A DNA stretch of 64,000 nt from Diplonema japonicum (GCA_964019335.1 OZ025649.1:186001-250000); one strand, 5' to 3'. Shown: positions 13,373 through 26,084, counted from the first letter of the stretch. The notes: generated by a model from the letters alone, not told the origin. Numbers and translations are program-made.

Positions 13373-13475
13373 CCAGCGACAAATAAAAAAAAAGAAACAA
13401 AACAAAAAAAAAATGAAGAGAGCTTAAAACAAGAGATAAAGGAGAGGAAAGCAGGAAAAAAAAAAAAAAAAGAGG

Positions 13476-13506
<31 letters not shown>

Positions 13507-14355
13507 AGGGAAAAAAAGAGAAGGGGGGTATGGAAGGAAACAAAGAAGCCAAATCTTTCACCCCCCTTCGTCCCTTTTTTTTTTTTTTTGCGTTTTTTTT
13601 TTCTTTTCTTTTTTTTTCCATTTCTTTTTTTCCATCCCCTCTTCTTTGAGCGAACGTGAGAGAATTGCACTTTTGTCAAAATCTTCCTCCCTATTCCACT
13701 CTGCCCCTTTCCCCTTTTAAAAAAAAAAAAACTAAAAAATAAAAAAATCGAAAAAGATTCTCTTTTCCCGAAGGAGAAAAGAAAAAGAAAAAACAAAAAA
13801 ATCCGTTTTTTCTTTTTTGTTTCACTTCACGGGAAGATCGAGAGCAGAATAAAAAAATTAAAAAAGACCCTAAATAGACCAAATAAACATCGAGAAAAAG
13901 AATCCAAAAAAAAAAACCCCATAAAAATCGTAAAAAGATACCAAGAAAAAAAAAAGGGGGGGAAAAAACCTGTTGTAGTGAAGAAAAAGAAAAAAGAAGA
14001 TGATTTTTTTTTTTTTTTTTTTGGAGAAAAAAGGAAAAATAAATTTAAAACCAAACAAACGAGAAGTAGAAAAAAAAATATGTTTTTTTTTGAAAAATAT
14101 TATTTGGGAAAAAAAAGGAGGAACTAAAAGGAACATTCTGATGAGCTTTTTTTTTTTTACCCCCCCACCCTTTCTTCAAAAAAAATTCACCCACTTTTTT
14201 TTTTATATTATGCCTACCCACTCCCCCCTCCCCCTCACTATTTTTTTTTTAAATTGGAAAAAAAAATTCATTCTTATAAAAAAATCACGACAAACAGAAA
14301 AAAAAAAAAAGAAAAAAAACAGCAGGGCGGGGGGGAAAAAAAAAATGTTACCAAG

Positions 14356-17300
14356 ATGCTTTCAGACCCCTTGCTTAGCAGCGCAGACTCGAAAAGAGCA
14401 CAGGATGAAATAATATTGACAAGCAGAAAACGGAGAGGAGGAGCAGCTTTTTTTACATTAGAAACATTAAGCGGGAGAGCAGTGAAATCGATTATGCTGC
14501 TCTTCTACGTGTCTATCGCCTTCGCATTCTTTACTAAGCTATTCTCCGAACGAGTAGTGGAAATCAAAAACGTATGCAAAAACGGTGCAGGGGGAAGGTT
14601 CTTGGACACATGGAACTCCAGCATATGCCAGACTCAATACGAGCAAGGAGACACTATCCCATTACTCACCCAAACAGGCTATCAAAACCTAACATGCCCA
14701 TCCGAGTTATGTTTGAAATGGGACGGGCAAATTCCAGCTTTATCAGTTATTGACAAAATGGTCTTTATAGCATTCATAGTAGAGATTGGTGTGGTGGAGA
14801 ACAGCACAGATACTGAGTTCGAGTTGCAATTTGCAGGGCATTCATTTGATGAAGATGATGGGCAGGAGAATCTTAAGCCATTTCCCCCGTCCATTTTCGG
14901 GAAGAGAAATTCATCTACAAACCCTTACGAAGAATTCCGTGTGAAGTGCAAAAAAGGACAAAAATGCGACGTTATCATGTTCCCCGAACCTTTCTACAAG
15001 ACGAACAAGCACAGAACCGTTCAAATAGTGTTGCTGAACCTTGGCACTGTTTTGCCTTACCTTGACGTCGACCCCTCCTCCCCCTTGGAGTTCATCGGCG
15101 TGGCGTACGTGTTCAACTATTGGGCAGAAACCCTTCTCGAGCTCATTGTCAGGTACGGTGGGTTACTATTCGTGGCGTACCTTGTTGTGATGTATTTGTA
15201 CAAGCTTGGTTTTGTTTCGTTTTTTTATATGAAGCCACATTTTCGAGAACCCGGGTCTCGAAGGTCGAAGCCGTGGATGCCCGAACAGAAAGCTACGTTT
15301 GTCGTGTTGATATTTTCCGTTTTATACCTCAACCCCGGGAAGCTGCCCACCTTGTACCATCACTATGAGAACGGGCTGACGCTCGACGGCCCCGGGTGGT
15401 CGTGGAACGATCGGGTGTTGAATTTTTTCGACACGAACCTCCCGTTCTACTACATCAACATGCTGCGCATGTACGAAGTTCTGTTGCTGGCATGCTGCCT
15501 ACGACAAGCCCCGAAATTTTCCATCCGTTTGGACAAACGAAGCTGGCCTTACTTCTTCACGTTTTCATGGTTCGCGGTGTTCCTTCTACAAGACTGGATC
15601 CTCCTTGCCTCCGACCTCAAGGGGTACTACATAGGAGCAAGGACAAGGTCGGTCTGGCTTGTCTCCGGTTCCATTCCGTACATGGTACTTGTCGTGGTGT
15701 GGGGGATCGTGATGTTCGGAGTCTTTATAGGGTGCTGCCTGTCCTTGATTGAGAAGCCTTATTGGGATACGAAAAGCCGTCAGCTTTCCTTCCGGTTCTT
15801 CTTTGTATTCTACGTGTGGCATGTTGTGTATGGTATTGCCTCGTTTGTGTACTGTTGGTACAAGTATCAGGTTGGCCGGCTTGTGACCGATGAGCTTGTT
15901 TGCGGGCAGATCCTCATGGGGCACAATGCCGGTGATACTTTGAGCAATATTGTTTTTATTTTGCTTCTTGCGTTGTTTTATGCGCCGGTGGTCTTCAAGA
16001 CGGGCAAGGTGCCCCCCATTGCCACCAACCGGGAGTGGGTTCGCTTGAAGTGGCCTACCTCGTGGATCGACTACGTCAACTCTGCGGGGAACTCCACCAT
16101 GTACTTTTTCCTTCGTGAGTCTGAACGGAGGGAATACACCGAAGCTCAGGAGGCCTCGCGAGCCCCTCATACACGGTCGCCCCTCGCACTGTCGAGATCC
16201 AAGTTGACGAAAGCGTTCAAAAGAATGAACCGACGACGCATATCGCTTTCGACCCGGCTGGAGATTTCGCTTTCTAACATGAGGTATTTTTTCCCCTCTT
16301 TTTTTTTCTTTTTTTTTTAATGGCGGTGTGGGAATGATGAAGATTTTAGTAAGCTGACCCCCTTTCTTTGATAATGTATCCCCCCCCCCCCCCCCCCCCC
16401 CGAATGGCGAAAACTTGAAAAGGCAAAAAATCTTTTTTTAAATCAACTGACCCACGAGTAGAGAGGGAAACAATTCGTTTTTTATTTTGTAAGGAAAACA
16501 AAAAAAAAACCCCCCCTACCCACAGCAAACGCGGAGCTCTCAACGACTTACATCAAACAACGAGCAGCGATGCCATCGGCAGCTGCCCCACGCCCACAGG
16601 TGTCGTCTCGCCTTGCATGTCTTCAACAGAAGTTTCTTCCGACGACGAAGAAGAAGCAACAGTGAAGCCACTATTCTCTTTAGAACTCGCCGTCGACCTA
16701 ATGTGCCTAAGCTGGGAGGTCTACGGCGAAGGCCCGGGCGACCAACACGACAGGGAAATCACGGAAGGCGTGATGCCCATCGACACGTGGCGCCATGGCT
16801 ACGCATTGCTAGAGGTGATCCACGCAAGGGCAGAGGGGGCCAGACAGAGGAACTACCACAAAAACAAAGAAGTCCACCGCCACGGGATGGCGTTCAGGTA
16901 CATCGAACAAACACCGTGCAGAGTATGCACCAAAGAAGTGAAACGGGAAATGGGGTACATCTGCGTGGAAGGCAGCACATGCTTCACCACATGCAAAACC
17001 TGCTTCGAAATCGACATCATCCGCAACAAGGATCTCCACAGACATGGAATGACCTGTAAGCCGTCTAACCATGACAGATGCGGGCTGTGCGGGGTGGAAC
17101 CAACCAACAACGCAATGGGGTTCACATGTGTAGAAGGTGGACGAACATGCCTAACAGCATGCGTGAATTGCTTTCAAAGCGACTCTCTACGCAACAAGGA
17201 CATCCACCGACACAGTATGGTGTGCAGGTACGTGGACACCTACACATGCAAGGTTTGCAAACAACACCGTTTCAGTGAAGTCTGCTACGTGTGTGTTGAA

Positions 17301-18227
17301 GGAGGTACCCCATGCTGTGCCGCATGTAGGGGTTGCTTCGCAAAAGGAACATCTTGGAGCTCTGACCATATGACTGACTTACAAGCGTTGATCTGTGTGA
17401 ACCCAGATCGAATCGCAGTTTGTTTCAGAGGAACAGACAACATAGCCAATGTGAAGACGGACTGTCAGATGATGCGAGACATCTACCCATCGATGCTAGG
17501 TGATGCTTCTTGGCATCGTGAGCTTCCTAAGGTCCATCGTGGGTTCCTCAAGGCTTTTCAAAACATCTGTTCAGAGGTCACGGAAAGACTGCAGCCGTTG
17601 CTGCAGGAAAACCCGGAGACGCAGCTTTGCATAACCGGGCATTCTCTTGGAGGTGCGTTGGCCGTGCTGATGGCTTACCATGTGAAGAAGAATTTTCAAA
17701 GGGATGCAATGGTGTACACATTTGGAAGCCCGCGTGTGGGGAACGCGTCATTTTCATCAATATACGATGCGGCTGTACCTGCTACGTTCAGGGTGGTGAA
17801 TCAAAGCGATGTGGTGGCAACGATGCCCTTCGCGCTGAAGGGGTTTCTGTTCAAACACACCGGCCGCGAAGTTTGCATCGATAAAAAAGGAAATCTCATC
17901 ATTGAACCCACATTCATCGAGAAGTTCATCGCACCCACAAAAACCCTCGGTTTGTTCAAAATTGGCGGCAGCGCGAACATTCTTGACCACGGTCTCGTCC
18001 GTTACGCCAAAAGCCTCTCAAAAATCGCTCGGTATTTTGATGCACCGGACCTAGTCATCAAAATGGTTCCTAAAAAGAAGCCTGCATGGTTGGTGTCACG
18101 GGTAGGGGTCCCCCTCGATGATGAGCTGTGGAGCTTGGTAAACCTTCCTGGCTCGTTTCGGCCGAAAGGACCGAAGCAAAATCCATTAAAAGTAACCTAT
18201 GTGTCAACTGACTCAGAAGGTTCGTAA
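14356..18227 (+). CDS. TMEM181/Wntless-like multi-pass membrane domain fused to class-3 lipase with three inserted Cys/His-rich repeats; intron 16284-16525
   Basis: The phase-2 intron (AG|GTATTT..CCCACAG|C) joins ORFs 14254 and 16617 in frame. WMPEQK..LYLNP resembles TMEM181. Lipase_3 motifs VCFRGT, VHRGF, GHSLGG (17637-17654), TFGSPRVGN, DVV, DH. Confidence 0.8.
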
Positions 18228-18726
18228 TATGTACATATATCTTGTTGTTAGAATACAAAATTTTATAATATACCGATCTGGAGATGTCCGATCTTTTACC
18301 CATTTATCCCCTTTCTAGTGCTATCAAGGATCCTTTTATTAAGAACAATTCAGAACAAACGACTACATTTTTTTTTCTTCTTCTTCTTTTTTTTTTTTTT
18401 TTTTTTTTTTTTTCGAACCTTTAGATGACATAAAAAAAAAAAAAAAATACATTCTCTCATGTGATGGTACGGCAACTCGAGACGGCACTTTGTTCACGAT
18501 GCCAGTCAGCGTGAAAAATATCTTACTTTCTCTCTTTTTTTTTTTATTTATTTGCTAAGGGCGTCTCACAAAAGGCCTCCTTTAATTCATATCCTATTTT
18601 TAGTTTAGATTTACCACGAATGATGTAGTTCCCCCCCCCCCTTTTTTTAAGAAAAGTATTTCAAACATTTTTCTTGGGGGGGGTCAACAAAATATTAATA
18701 TAAAAAAAAGAAAAAGGGGGAATAAA

Positions 18727-21318
18727 ATGGAAAATGAAACGGAACCAACGAGGGAGGACACAGGGATCCTTATAGACGATGTGAGCAGTTATGCCGAGGA
18801 CAGTGGGGATGACGACGACTTCTTGTTTATAGAAAGTCAGGTAGGTGACTCTAGCACTGGGTACTGTGCGTGTTGTGTGAAGCCGAGATTCTGGAGCCAG
18901 GTGGAGTGGGCTCTGAGTGGGGGTCTATCTGCCGGCATGGCCTCCGCGCTTGCTTTGACGTCCGCAACGAAGGCGTTCCTCCCCCTGCCTGTTCTGCTCC
19001 CCATCATCACTGTCATTGGAACGGGCCGCACCCTAGGGGCAACACTCAACTTTGCAGCCACTGCCTACAGCGCCATCATCTCTTGCATCATTCCTTCTGT
19101 TCTGTGGAACCTTGTCATGCCGCGCTCCGCCGCAGCCTTCTGGCCCGGGTTTGCCCTCATAGCCATCCCCCTGCACCTCGCCCAGTCTACTCATCCAGGA
19201 AAGCGTCTTGCCCTCGCCCTCTTCTCTGTTTTTATGTGGATATGGTGGAAAGGCGGCCCTAAGGATGGCGAATTCACAGGTAAGCTGACACCGTGGTATT
19301 TCCCTGTCGGCTTCCTCTCTACCATCACGGCGTGTGTCCTTTGTGCCGTCTCATGCACTGTGCTGCCCTACCCCAAGACAGCCAAGGCCAAGGCCATCAG
19401 GCTCGACAAGGACATGCGGCACCTCGCTGCTATGGTCTTCAGGGAGATCGTGGCTACCATCTCCATGCGAGCACCCGGCGAGCATGTCTTCCTTGACTCG
19501 CAGATCCACCTGGACCAGCTTTCCACACTTCTTCCCATGCTGCAAGGGGCGGTGCAGGAGGCGGAGATAGAGGACACAGTGTTGCGGTTCATTTCCTCCG
19601 TATCTTGCATGCTGCTGGTGGTCCCGGTGTTTTTCACAACACCCACCCGTCTGGTCGACCCCAAGCCCATCAGGAACCTGCGGCGGACTATCGTCCTCAT
19701 GCGCGAAATCCTCCCCCTCCTGTCATCCCTGGCTACTATCGTTGACAACATGGACGAGACCAACGCTAAGACCCACGCCTTCCACCAGGACACTGTGAAG
19801 TACATCCGCAAGCAACTCACACACTTGGCGCACTATGGCAGTAGCGTCCTCGAGAACCCTGAAGACGAGAAGCTGTATCCACACCTGACAGAAGAGCTGA
19901 CCTCCCTTTCGTCACACTTGATGAAGTGGCGTGTGAACGAGTTCTTCAAGGGCAAGCGTCCCATTCTTCCAGAGAGGGGAACGCACATGAAGTCCTTCCT
20001 GTACCACGTGCGGAGGTTCTGCAAGGAGCTGATGGAAGTCAAGGAGCAGGCATTGGAAGATACGGTGGCGGAAGGCTACACCATGGTCTTGGTTCAGCCC
20101 GTGAAGCATCTCGCTCAGAACCTGAAGGGTACCTTTGTGCACATGCGCACGGCCACGGGCAGGGAATGGGCGGAGAGTGCGAAAACAGTGGCAGCGCTGG
20201 TGGGCAGCTTGGCGCTGTCACTGCTTGCTGGGTTGGACCCCGCGTTCTGGGCGCCAATCACAGTTGCCTTCATTGGCAGCCCGACGACTGCAGGATCGTT
20301 GAACGCCGCACTCAACAGGATACAGGGCACCATCTTCGGGTCAACTTTTGGATACTTAGTGCTTCGTACCTTTACGGACCCAGCTGGGTGGATCATAGGG
20401 CTGACGTATTCTCTGTGGTGTGTGCTGACAGGGTACGTGAGGAGCTCCCCGACCTACAGCTACGGGGGTGTCGTGGGGTCACTGACAGCAGCTATCATCA
20501 TGTTTGGGTACAATCCTGAAACAGGAGGATCGACGCTGGGGCACGAAGACCTGGAGGCAATGGCGTTTTCCAGGATCCAGCAGACACTCATGGCGTGCGT
20601 GGTGTACTTGACAGCAGTTGTGATGATCTCGCCCATAAGACCATCAGACACCTTAAGGGAGCAGATGCAGATGGTACTAGCGGAGCTCAAGGAGGTGGCG
20701 GCGTCAGTTCTGGAGGGGTACACGAACAACAACTTCGCAGAGGCAGACAAGCTGCCTGAACGAGTTGCAAAAATAGCTGCAGGCTGTAAAATGCAGTCTT
20801 CACTTGTGGAAGACGTTGTGAGCGAGCCTGCTGTGTGGAGCACTGGGTTCCCTGTGGAGGAGTTTAGATTTGTTCTGCAGGACGAACAGAAACTGCAAGC
20901 TTCCATCCGGCAGCTGTGTTCTTCCTTTATTGACATTAAACAGTATAGTGACAACACTTTTTACAAGCACCTGCTCAGCATATACACCCCCATCCTGATA
21001 CCTGTCGCCAAGAAGCTTGGGACGTACTTCAGCCACATCAGCCACCCTTCCATCTATCCTCCTCCTACCATCAATGCTCTGTATCACCAGCTGTCGGACT
21101 CTGCGGCGTCACTTGTTGCAGCCTTCCATGATAGCCTCATAGCGATTCGTGAAGACCACCCAACCCGACCCTCGAACATTCTGTCGACGGACTTGATTGA
21201 GTCACTGCACTGCCTTATTGAGGCAATTTACTCAGTTGTCCAAGGTGCTGGGAAATTAAGCAAGTCTTTGAGGACCTTCCGTTTGAAGGCGCATACACTT
21301 GAAATGGCGTTGTATTAG
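18727..21318 (+). CDS. FUSC/aromatic acid exporter (ALMT-like) membrane transporter, 863 aa
   Basis: Two hydrophobic TM bundles separated by a helical region; WAPITVAFI...GSLNAALNRIQGTIFGS is a FUSC/ALMT-type motif. Intronless. Confidence 0.75.
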   Translation: MENETEPTREDTGILIDDVSSYAEDSGDDDDFLFIESQVGDSSTGYCACCVKPRFWSQVEWALSGGLSAGMASALALTSATKAFLPLPVLLPIITVIGTGRTLGATLNFAATAYSAIISCIIPSVLWNLVMPRSAAAFWPGFALIAIPLHLAQSTHPGKRLALALFSVFMWIWWKGGPKDGEFTGKLTPWYFPVGFLSTITACVLCAVSCTVLPYPKTAKAKAIRLDKDMRHLAAMVFREIVATISMRAPGEHVFLDSQIHLDQLSTLLPMLQGAVQEAEIEDTVLRFISSVSCMLLVVPVFFTTPTRLVDPKPIRNLRRTIVLMREILPLLSSLATIVDNMDETNAKTHAFHQDTVKYIRKQLTHLAHYGSSVLENPEDEKLYPHLTEELTSLSSHLMKWRVNEFFKGKRPILPERGTHMKSFLYHVRRFCKELMEVKEQALEDTVAEGYTMVLVQPVKHLAQNLKGTFVHMRTATGREWAESAKTVAALVGSLALSLLAGLDPAFWAPITVAFIGSPTTAGSLNAALNRIQGTIFGSTFGYLVLRTFTDPAGWIIGLTYSLWCVLTGYVRSSPTYSYGGVVGSLTAAIIMFGYNPETGGSTLGHEDLEAMAFSRIQQTLMACVVYLTAVVMISPIRPSDTLREQMQMVLAELKEVAASVLEGYTNNNFAEADKLPERVAKIAAGCKMQSSLVEDVVSEPAVWSTGFPVEEFRFVLQDEQKLQASIRQLCSSFIDIKQYSDNTFYKHLLSIYTPILIPVAKKLGTYFSHISHPSIYPPPTINALYHQLSDSAASLVAAFHDSLIAIREDHPTRPSNILSTDLIESLHCLIEAIYSVVQGAGKLSKSLRTFRLKAHTLEMALY

Positions 21319-22534
21319 CCGGGGGGGGGGGGGGGGGGGGGGGGTTGAACTTTCTTGAAGATCGAAACAACATAGTTCCCCTTTTTTTTCCCTTCTTTCG
21401 GTGGACCACAATTATCTAGCAATTCGGCTGCATAAGGATTTTTTTCTTCTTTTCCGCTCGGCCTCTCCCATGTTCCTTTTTCCCTTTGTTTTTTTATCAC
21501 ACTCCCCCCCTGGCAGCCAGGAAAAGGCTTCGGGGCGGGAGGGGGTGAGAGAAAATATCTTTCGTATGTTTCCCTTCTTTCTTTCTGGTTTCTTTTTTTT
21601 TTTTCTTCTAGGGTGGTCTTCAAGTGGGATTTGCCCTTAAACATCGCCTTTTTCTTCTGGTTAAGATGGCATATCGATCACACCTGGAACTCACAAGCTA
21701 GGTCTTCCTTCAAGTCGCAGGTAATACAGTCGACTTGGCCGAAGCACAAAAGGAGGCGCGCTTACCAAGCGCTGCGTGCCGGCTTACTGAACATCCTTGC
21801 TAAGCTTTGCGTGGTGCCAATGGACTTCTATAAATCTCTTTGAGACACTTCTCCACCCCGGGGTGGGGTGAGGGAGGGTAAATAATCACATTATGGTTTG
21901 GGGTTAGGGCAGCGTTTGGGGTTGTTATCTCCCCCCCCCCCCCCCCCCCCTCCCCGTTTATTTCGTTACTAGAAACTTGTCATCCTTGTGTCCGGGCAAA
22001 AGAATTTTCTTCGCATTTTTTTATACATTGTTGCTTCTTCTTTTTTTTTTTCACCCCCCACTTTCATTGCTCGGGGCGGGGGGGGGGGGGGAACATTATA
22101 AAAACGACAGTTTCAAAACTTATTACTCCTGCCACTCTTTCCTCCGTTTAATTACAATGTTGCTCCCCCCCTCAATCATGACTTTTTTTTCTGTGGAATG
22201 GTTTTGTTTTTTTTTCCCTCGTGTAGAACCACGGAAAAAAAAGAAAGACCACTGTCGACCCAAGGTGAATATTCCGACAGAAAGTCGATGACATCCCCCC
22301 CCCCCAGCATTTTGAGAACCTAGGGGAGAGGAAAAGTAACACAAAACTAACGGGCTTCTCAAGAAGAATATTATGTGGAAGCTGACATCGAACAGTACAA
22401 TGTGACACAACTATTTGTTTTTTACCCTCCCCCACTCTAACTTCTTCGATAATTTCTCTTTTTTTCCTACCCCACGCGTACCCAGCTCACGATAGGGGGT
22501 TGGCTCACCTCCCTGGGAGGCTAGGAAAGACAAG

Positions 22535-24775
22535 ATGTACCGTGGCTACCGACCGCCCGCAGGAGGAGGGCGGAAGACTAACAGAACACTAGAGATTGTT
22601 GTTGCGATTACAGTAACGATGCTCCTTGGGTGGAGTTTATTGGGGGCACCGGAACACACCAAGCCGCCTGTTTTGCTGACAAAGACTTCCGATATCGTAG
22701 CAATGCCCTTGACAGAGGCCTCACTCATGTGGGCGTCTATCGATGGTGAGGTATGAAACACATTAAAAAAAGATTTAAAAAAAAAAAAAGTTCGGAGCAG
22801 AGGGTGCAGCTGCGACAATGATCGGCGGGTACCCTTCACCCATCCAGACCCCTACTGTGCTGGTCATCATGGACGAGGGTGAACGGGAGAATTCTGCTGT
22901 GCGTGCTGTATCGTCAGTTCTCAAAAGATGGTGTGAACGGGTGAAGAGGCCTACACGCACTACCACGTCCCTGTACCCCGACAAGACACCCCCCACCGTC
23001 GTTGTCATCACACCATGTGATCAAGACAAACAAACCGTCAGGCGCCTCACAGGCTGCGACGATTGCACCAGCGCCACGCTCGAGTCCAAACTGGCCAAGC
23101 TGCAGTACGACTCCGTGAAGGGCCCTCTTCTCCTCATCCCCTCCGACATGCTCCACGAAGGGCTCCTCATGATGAACAAAATCTTCAACTACAACCCCGG
23201 GGACCTCCTCTACCTGGAGGGCGGTCCCGACTCCAAGAAGGGTTGCCGCGATACCAACGAAGGCGAGCTGTACAAGTTGGCTGTCAGCAGTCTTAGGAAA
23301 CGGATGGAACGCTACGCTGATGAGTTCCAGCCGCACCTGGAATCCTTCACTGCAGCGCTCGCTGCGCTCCCGAACTACTGCCAAGGGATGTACCCCTTCA
23401 GTCAGTGCCAGCTTATGAAGGGTTCCGACTGGATGCGCAGGGTTCCTGTCAAGCCTGCCGACGCTTTCAATTGTTCCTTCGTCGCACCCCAGCAGGTTGA
23501 GACCGTCCCCGCAGTAGGAGAAAAGGAAGTGCAAGACGCAGCCAAGGCCCTCATGGACACGGCATGGCCCGCGTGTGTGAACAGCCCTAAGGGGTGCTCC
23601 CCAACGCAGGGCATCGCCTTCGTCAAGACACACAAGACATCCAGCAACACTGTTGACAGTATTCTGCAGCGTTTGTATGTCCACATAACACATTGCATCG
23701 ACACAACAGGTGCCTCACAAGACGGCAGCGCTGCTTCACGCACTCTGGCAAGTTCGTAAACCTTGCCTACCCCGAGCAGTCCTCCTACGTGGCCTACCCC
23801 CACAAGGCAGCCCCTGCACTGTCGGCCCCCTACGACATGTTCCTGGCGCACACCATGTATGCAGGCTGCCAATGAAGCACTCCACACAGGAACTCACCCG
23901 ACCTTGTGAACGACATCGTGCCCACCAGCAACAGGCACATCCTGACCATTGTGAGGGATCCTGTGACGAGGTTCAAGTCGCACTGGAACTACTGGGTATA
24001 GCCTGGCCTAGAGACCTCACAGCATACACAGGTTGCACCTAACATGAAGGTGGCCCCAGGGTACCCCTGGGCAGCTGCGGAGCTGGACAGATTCTGCGTG
24101 GACGTGACGACCAACGCAGAGCTGAAGAAGGAGCTGTCTGCAGCACCGTTGAACATCCGCCCTGCGCTGAACAACATGGCGAGGCAGCTGATGGGGTGCA
24201 CGCACTGCGGGACGCCCGCACAAGAGAGGGAGAGGTTCGACAAGCTGCTGGAAGCAATCAAAGCACCTGACTCGAAGTACCATGTTATGATCTCCGAGAA
24301 GCTGCATGAGTCGCTGATGGTATGAACCCCACACTCGACCCCAACAAACACAGCTTGTGAAGAGGGACTACGGGTTGGAGATGGTTGACATGGTGTACGC
24401 CCTTCGCAACCAGGTCTCGAACAAGGCTGTGTCGCCGAAGCTAGCAAGCTGTCTGAAGAACCTTAACGGTATGGGATGAGGGGGGTGTTCTTATTTCATT
24501 TTCCTTTAGGTCTCGATGATGAATTGTATGAAGTAGCATCCAAGGCGCACGATGTGCGCGTGCAGTCCCTCGGGGAGCCCTTCCAGAAGGAGGTCGCTGC
24601 CTTTAAGGAGCTTGTGGAGACCATTGACAAGAACTGTGCGGATGAAGGTGCCTGGAACTGCAAGAAGACCTCTTCCGCTCTCTGCCAGCAGTGCGAAAGC
24701 ATACGGTCGAAGATAGACACCGAAACGGTTCTCGTGAGTCATTTCAAGAGCTGCAAACCAATCATTGGAGAATGA
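22535..24775 (+). CDS. Galactose-3-O-sulfotransferase-like type II membrane protein, paralog A (6 introns)
   Basis: N-terminal TM segment; PAPS motifs FVKTHKTSS and ILTIVRDPVTRFKSHWNY. Introns 22751-22790, 23675-23709, 23857-23889, 23996-24031, 24320-24353 and 24469-24509 give one open frame. Confidence 0.85.
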
Positions 24776-24852
24776 GCAGGTGACATTTTTTAAAACTCAT
24801 TTGTTTTGTCTTCTTTTGATATCATTTACTGATACGTGATCCGAAAAATGCA

Positions 24853-24887
<35 letters not shown>

Positions 24888-25532
24888 GCTCTCACCCCAC
24901 TTTTCTTTCGCAGCCGATCCCCTTCCCCTCCGTACCTTCTTTTATCTACGTTTGATTTGTTTTTTTTTTTCTCTCTCTCTTTTCTTTTGGGGTGGAGTAT
25001 GAGAGGGGGAAAAGAGGTAAGCTAAGGAAAAAAGCAAACTGTCAAAATAAGAAAAAGAAGCAACACTACACCTCATTTCTCTTGAGGTTTTTTATTTTCT
25101 TCCCTTTTTTGCGAATCAGGCAGCCCATTACTCCTTATCCGGAGTACGGTACGCCCTTGATATAAATGGCCCACTGCATCGCCAAGTGCTTTATTATTTT
25201 TCATAATTCCCCCGTAATCAGGGAATCAAGAGGGGCGGGGGGGGAAACCAAAGAACTCAGAATCGCTTTCTTCTGTTTTGTTTTTTGCTCTCTTTTTTTC
25301 CCCTTTCCTGTGTCCCCAGGAGTGGGTATTTTCATGGCGGGGGGGAGGACCTAACCAAAAGAATGAGGAACGAGAAGAAGAAGAAAAAAAAATTAGGCTG
25401 TGTGCATTGAGTGTGCAGAGATGTTTAGGAATCTATGCCGTTCTTTCTGTTTCTTTTTCCCCCCTTTTTTTTATACCAAGGTACAGAAAACTGAGAGGCG
25501 CAGACACAGCACAACAAAAAAAAAAAAAAAAA

Positions 25533-26084
25533 ATGCCCGCGAAGGATCTGATGAAAATCCTCACTGCGGACATGGCCTGTTTTGAGAAAGCATCAGAAGA
25601 CGCAGAGGTGTTGGGGGTTCTCATGACAGATGGGCAAGTGGAAGTACTTTACGATGAAAGAAGTGACCCTGTAGGAGGGTACATTCTCACCGAACTAGGT
25701 GGCCAGTGGGTGGCAGTGCATCACACTTTGGTGTGTGATAACGTAGTCGATGGCCTAGTGCTTCGTGACGTGACCGGCAGCTACGTGGTAGGTGTCGTGC
25801 CCAGAGGGAAGGCTTGCTTGTTGAACTGGATTGAGCTCTTTAACTGCAGCGGGGCACCTTTAGCTAGTGACGCCGCTAAGGGAACGTGTCCCCAAGCCCG
25901 TCTCGTAGACCCTGCTCTCCATGAACGAGCCTGCCACCTCCCCCGCCCGACGACCCCATCCTCGCCTCTCGACGCTCTTTTCCTCGATGCGTACCTTCAG
26001 CATGGCCGCCTCACCCCCGGCATGCCGCACTACATCGAGACCCTTGCCCTGGCTGTGCATGACGCTGAGTACGGACCGTTGTAG
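25533..26084 (+). CDS. Hypothetical protein (183 aa)
   Basis: GC-rich ORF starting after an A-run, flanked by homopolymer intergenic DNA; no motif recognised. Confidence 0.65.
   Translation: MPAKDLMKILTADMACFEKASEDAEVLGVLMTDGQVEVLYDERSDPVGGYILTELGGQWVAVHHTLVCDNVVDGLVLRDVTGSYVVGVVPRGKACLLNWIELFNCSGAPLASDAAKGTCPQARLVDPALHERACHLPRPTTPSSPLDALFLDAYLQHGRLTPGMPHYIETLALAVHDAEYGPL

Noticed and set aside
11260-14350. Many ORF-track entries rich in poly-Phe/poly-Lys here and in other intergenic regions
   Set aside because: They are translations of T/A homopolymer tracts that lack stops by composition, with no coding signal.
21613-21843. 76-aa ORF in a complex island downstream of the FUSC gene
   Set aside because: No ATG start, no motif and no supporting splice structure.
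21895-21925. Telomere-like GGGGTTAGGG
   Set aside because: Single degenerate unit in G-rich DNA, not an array.
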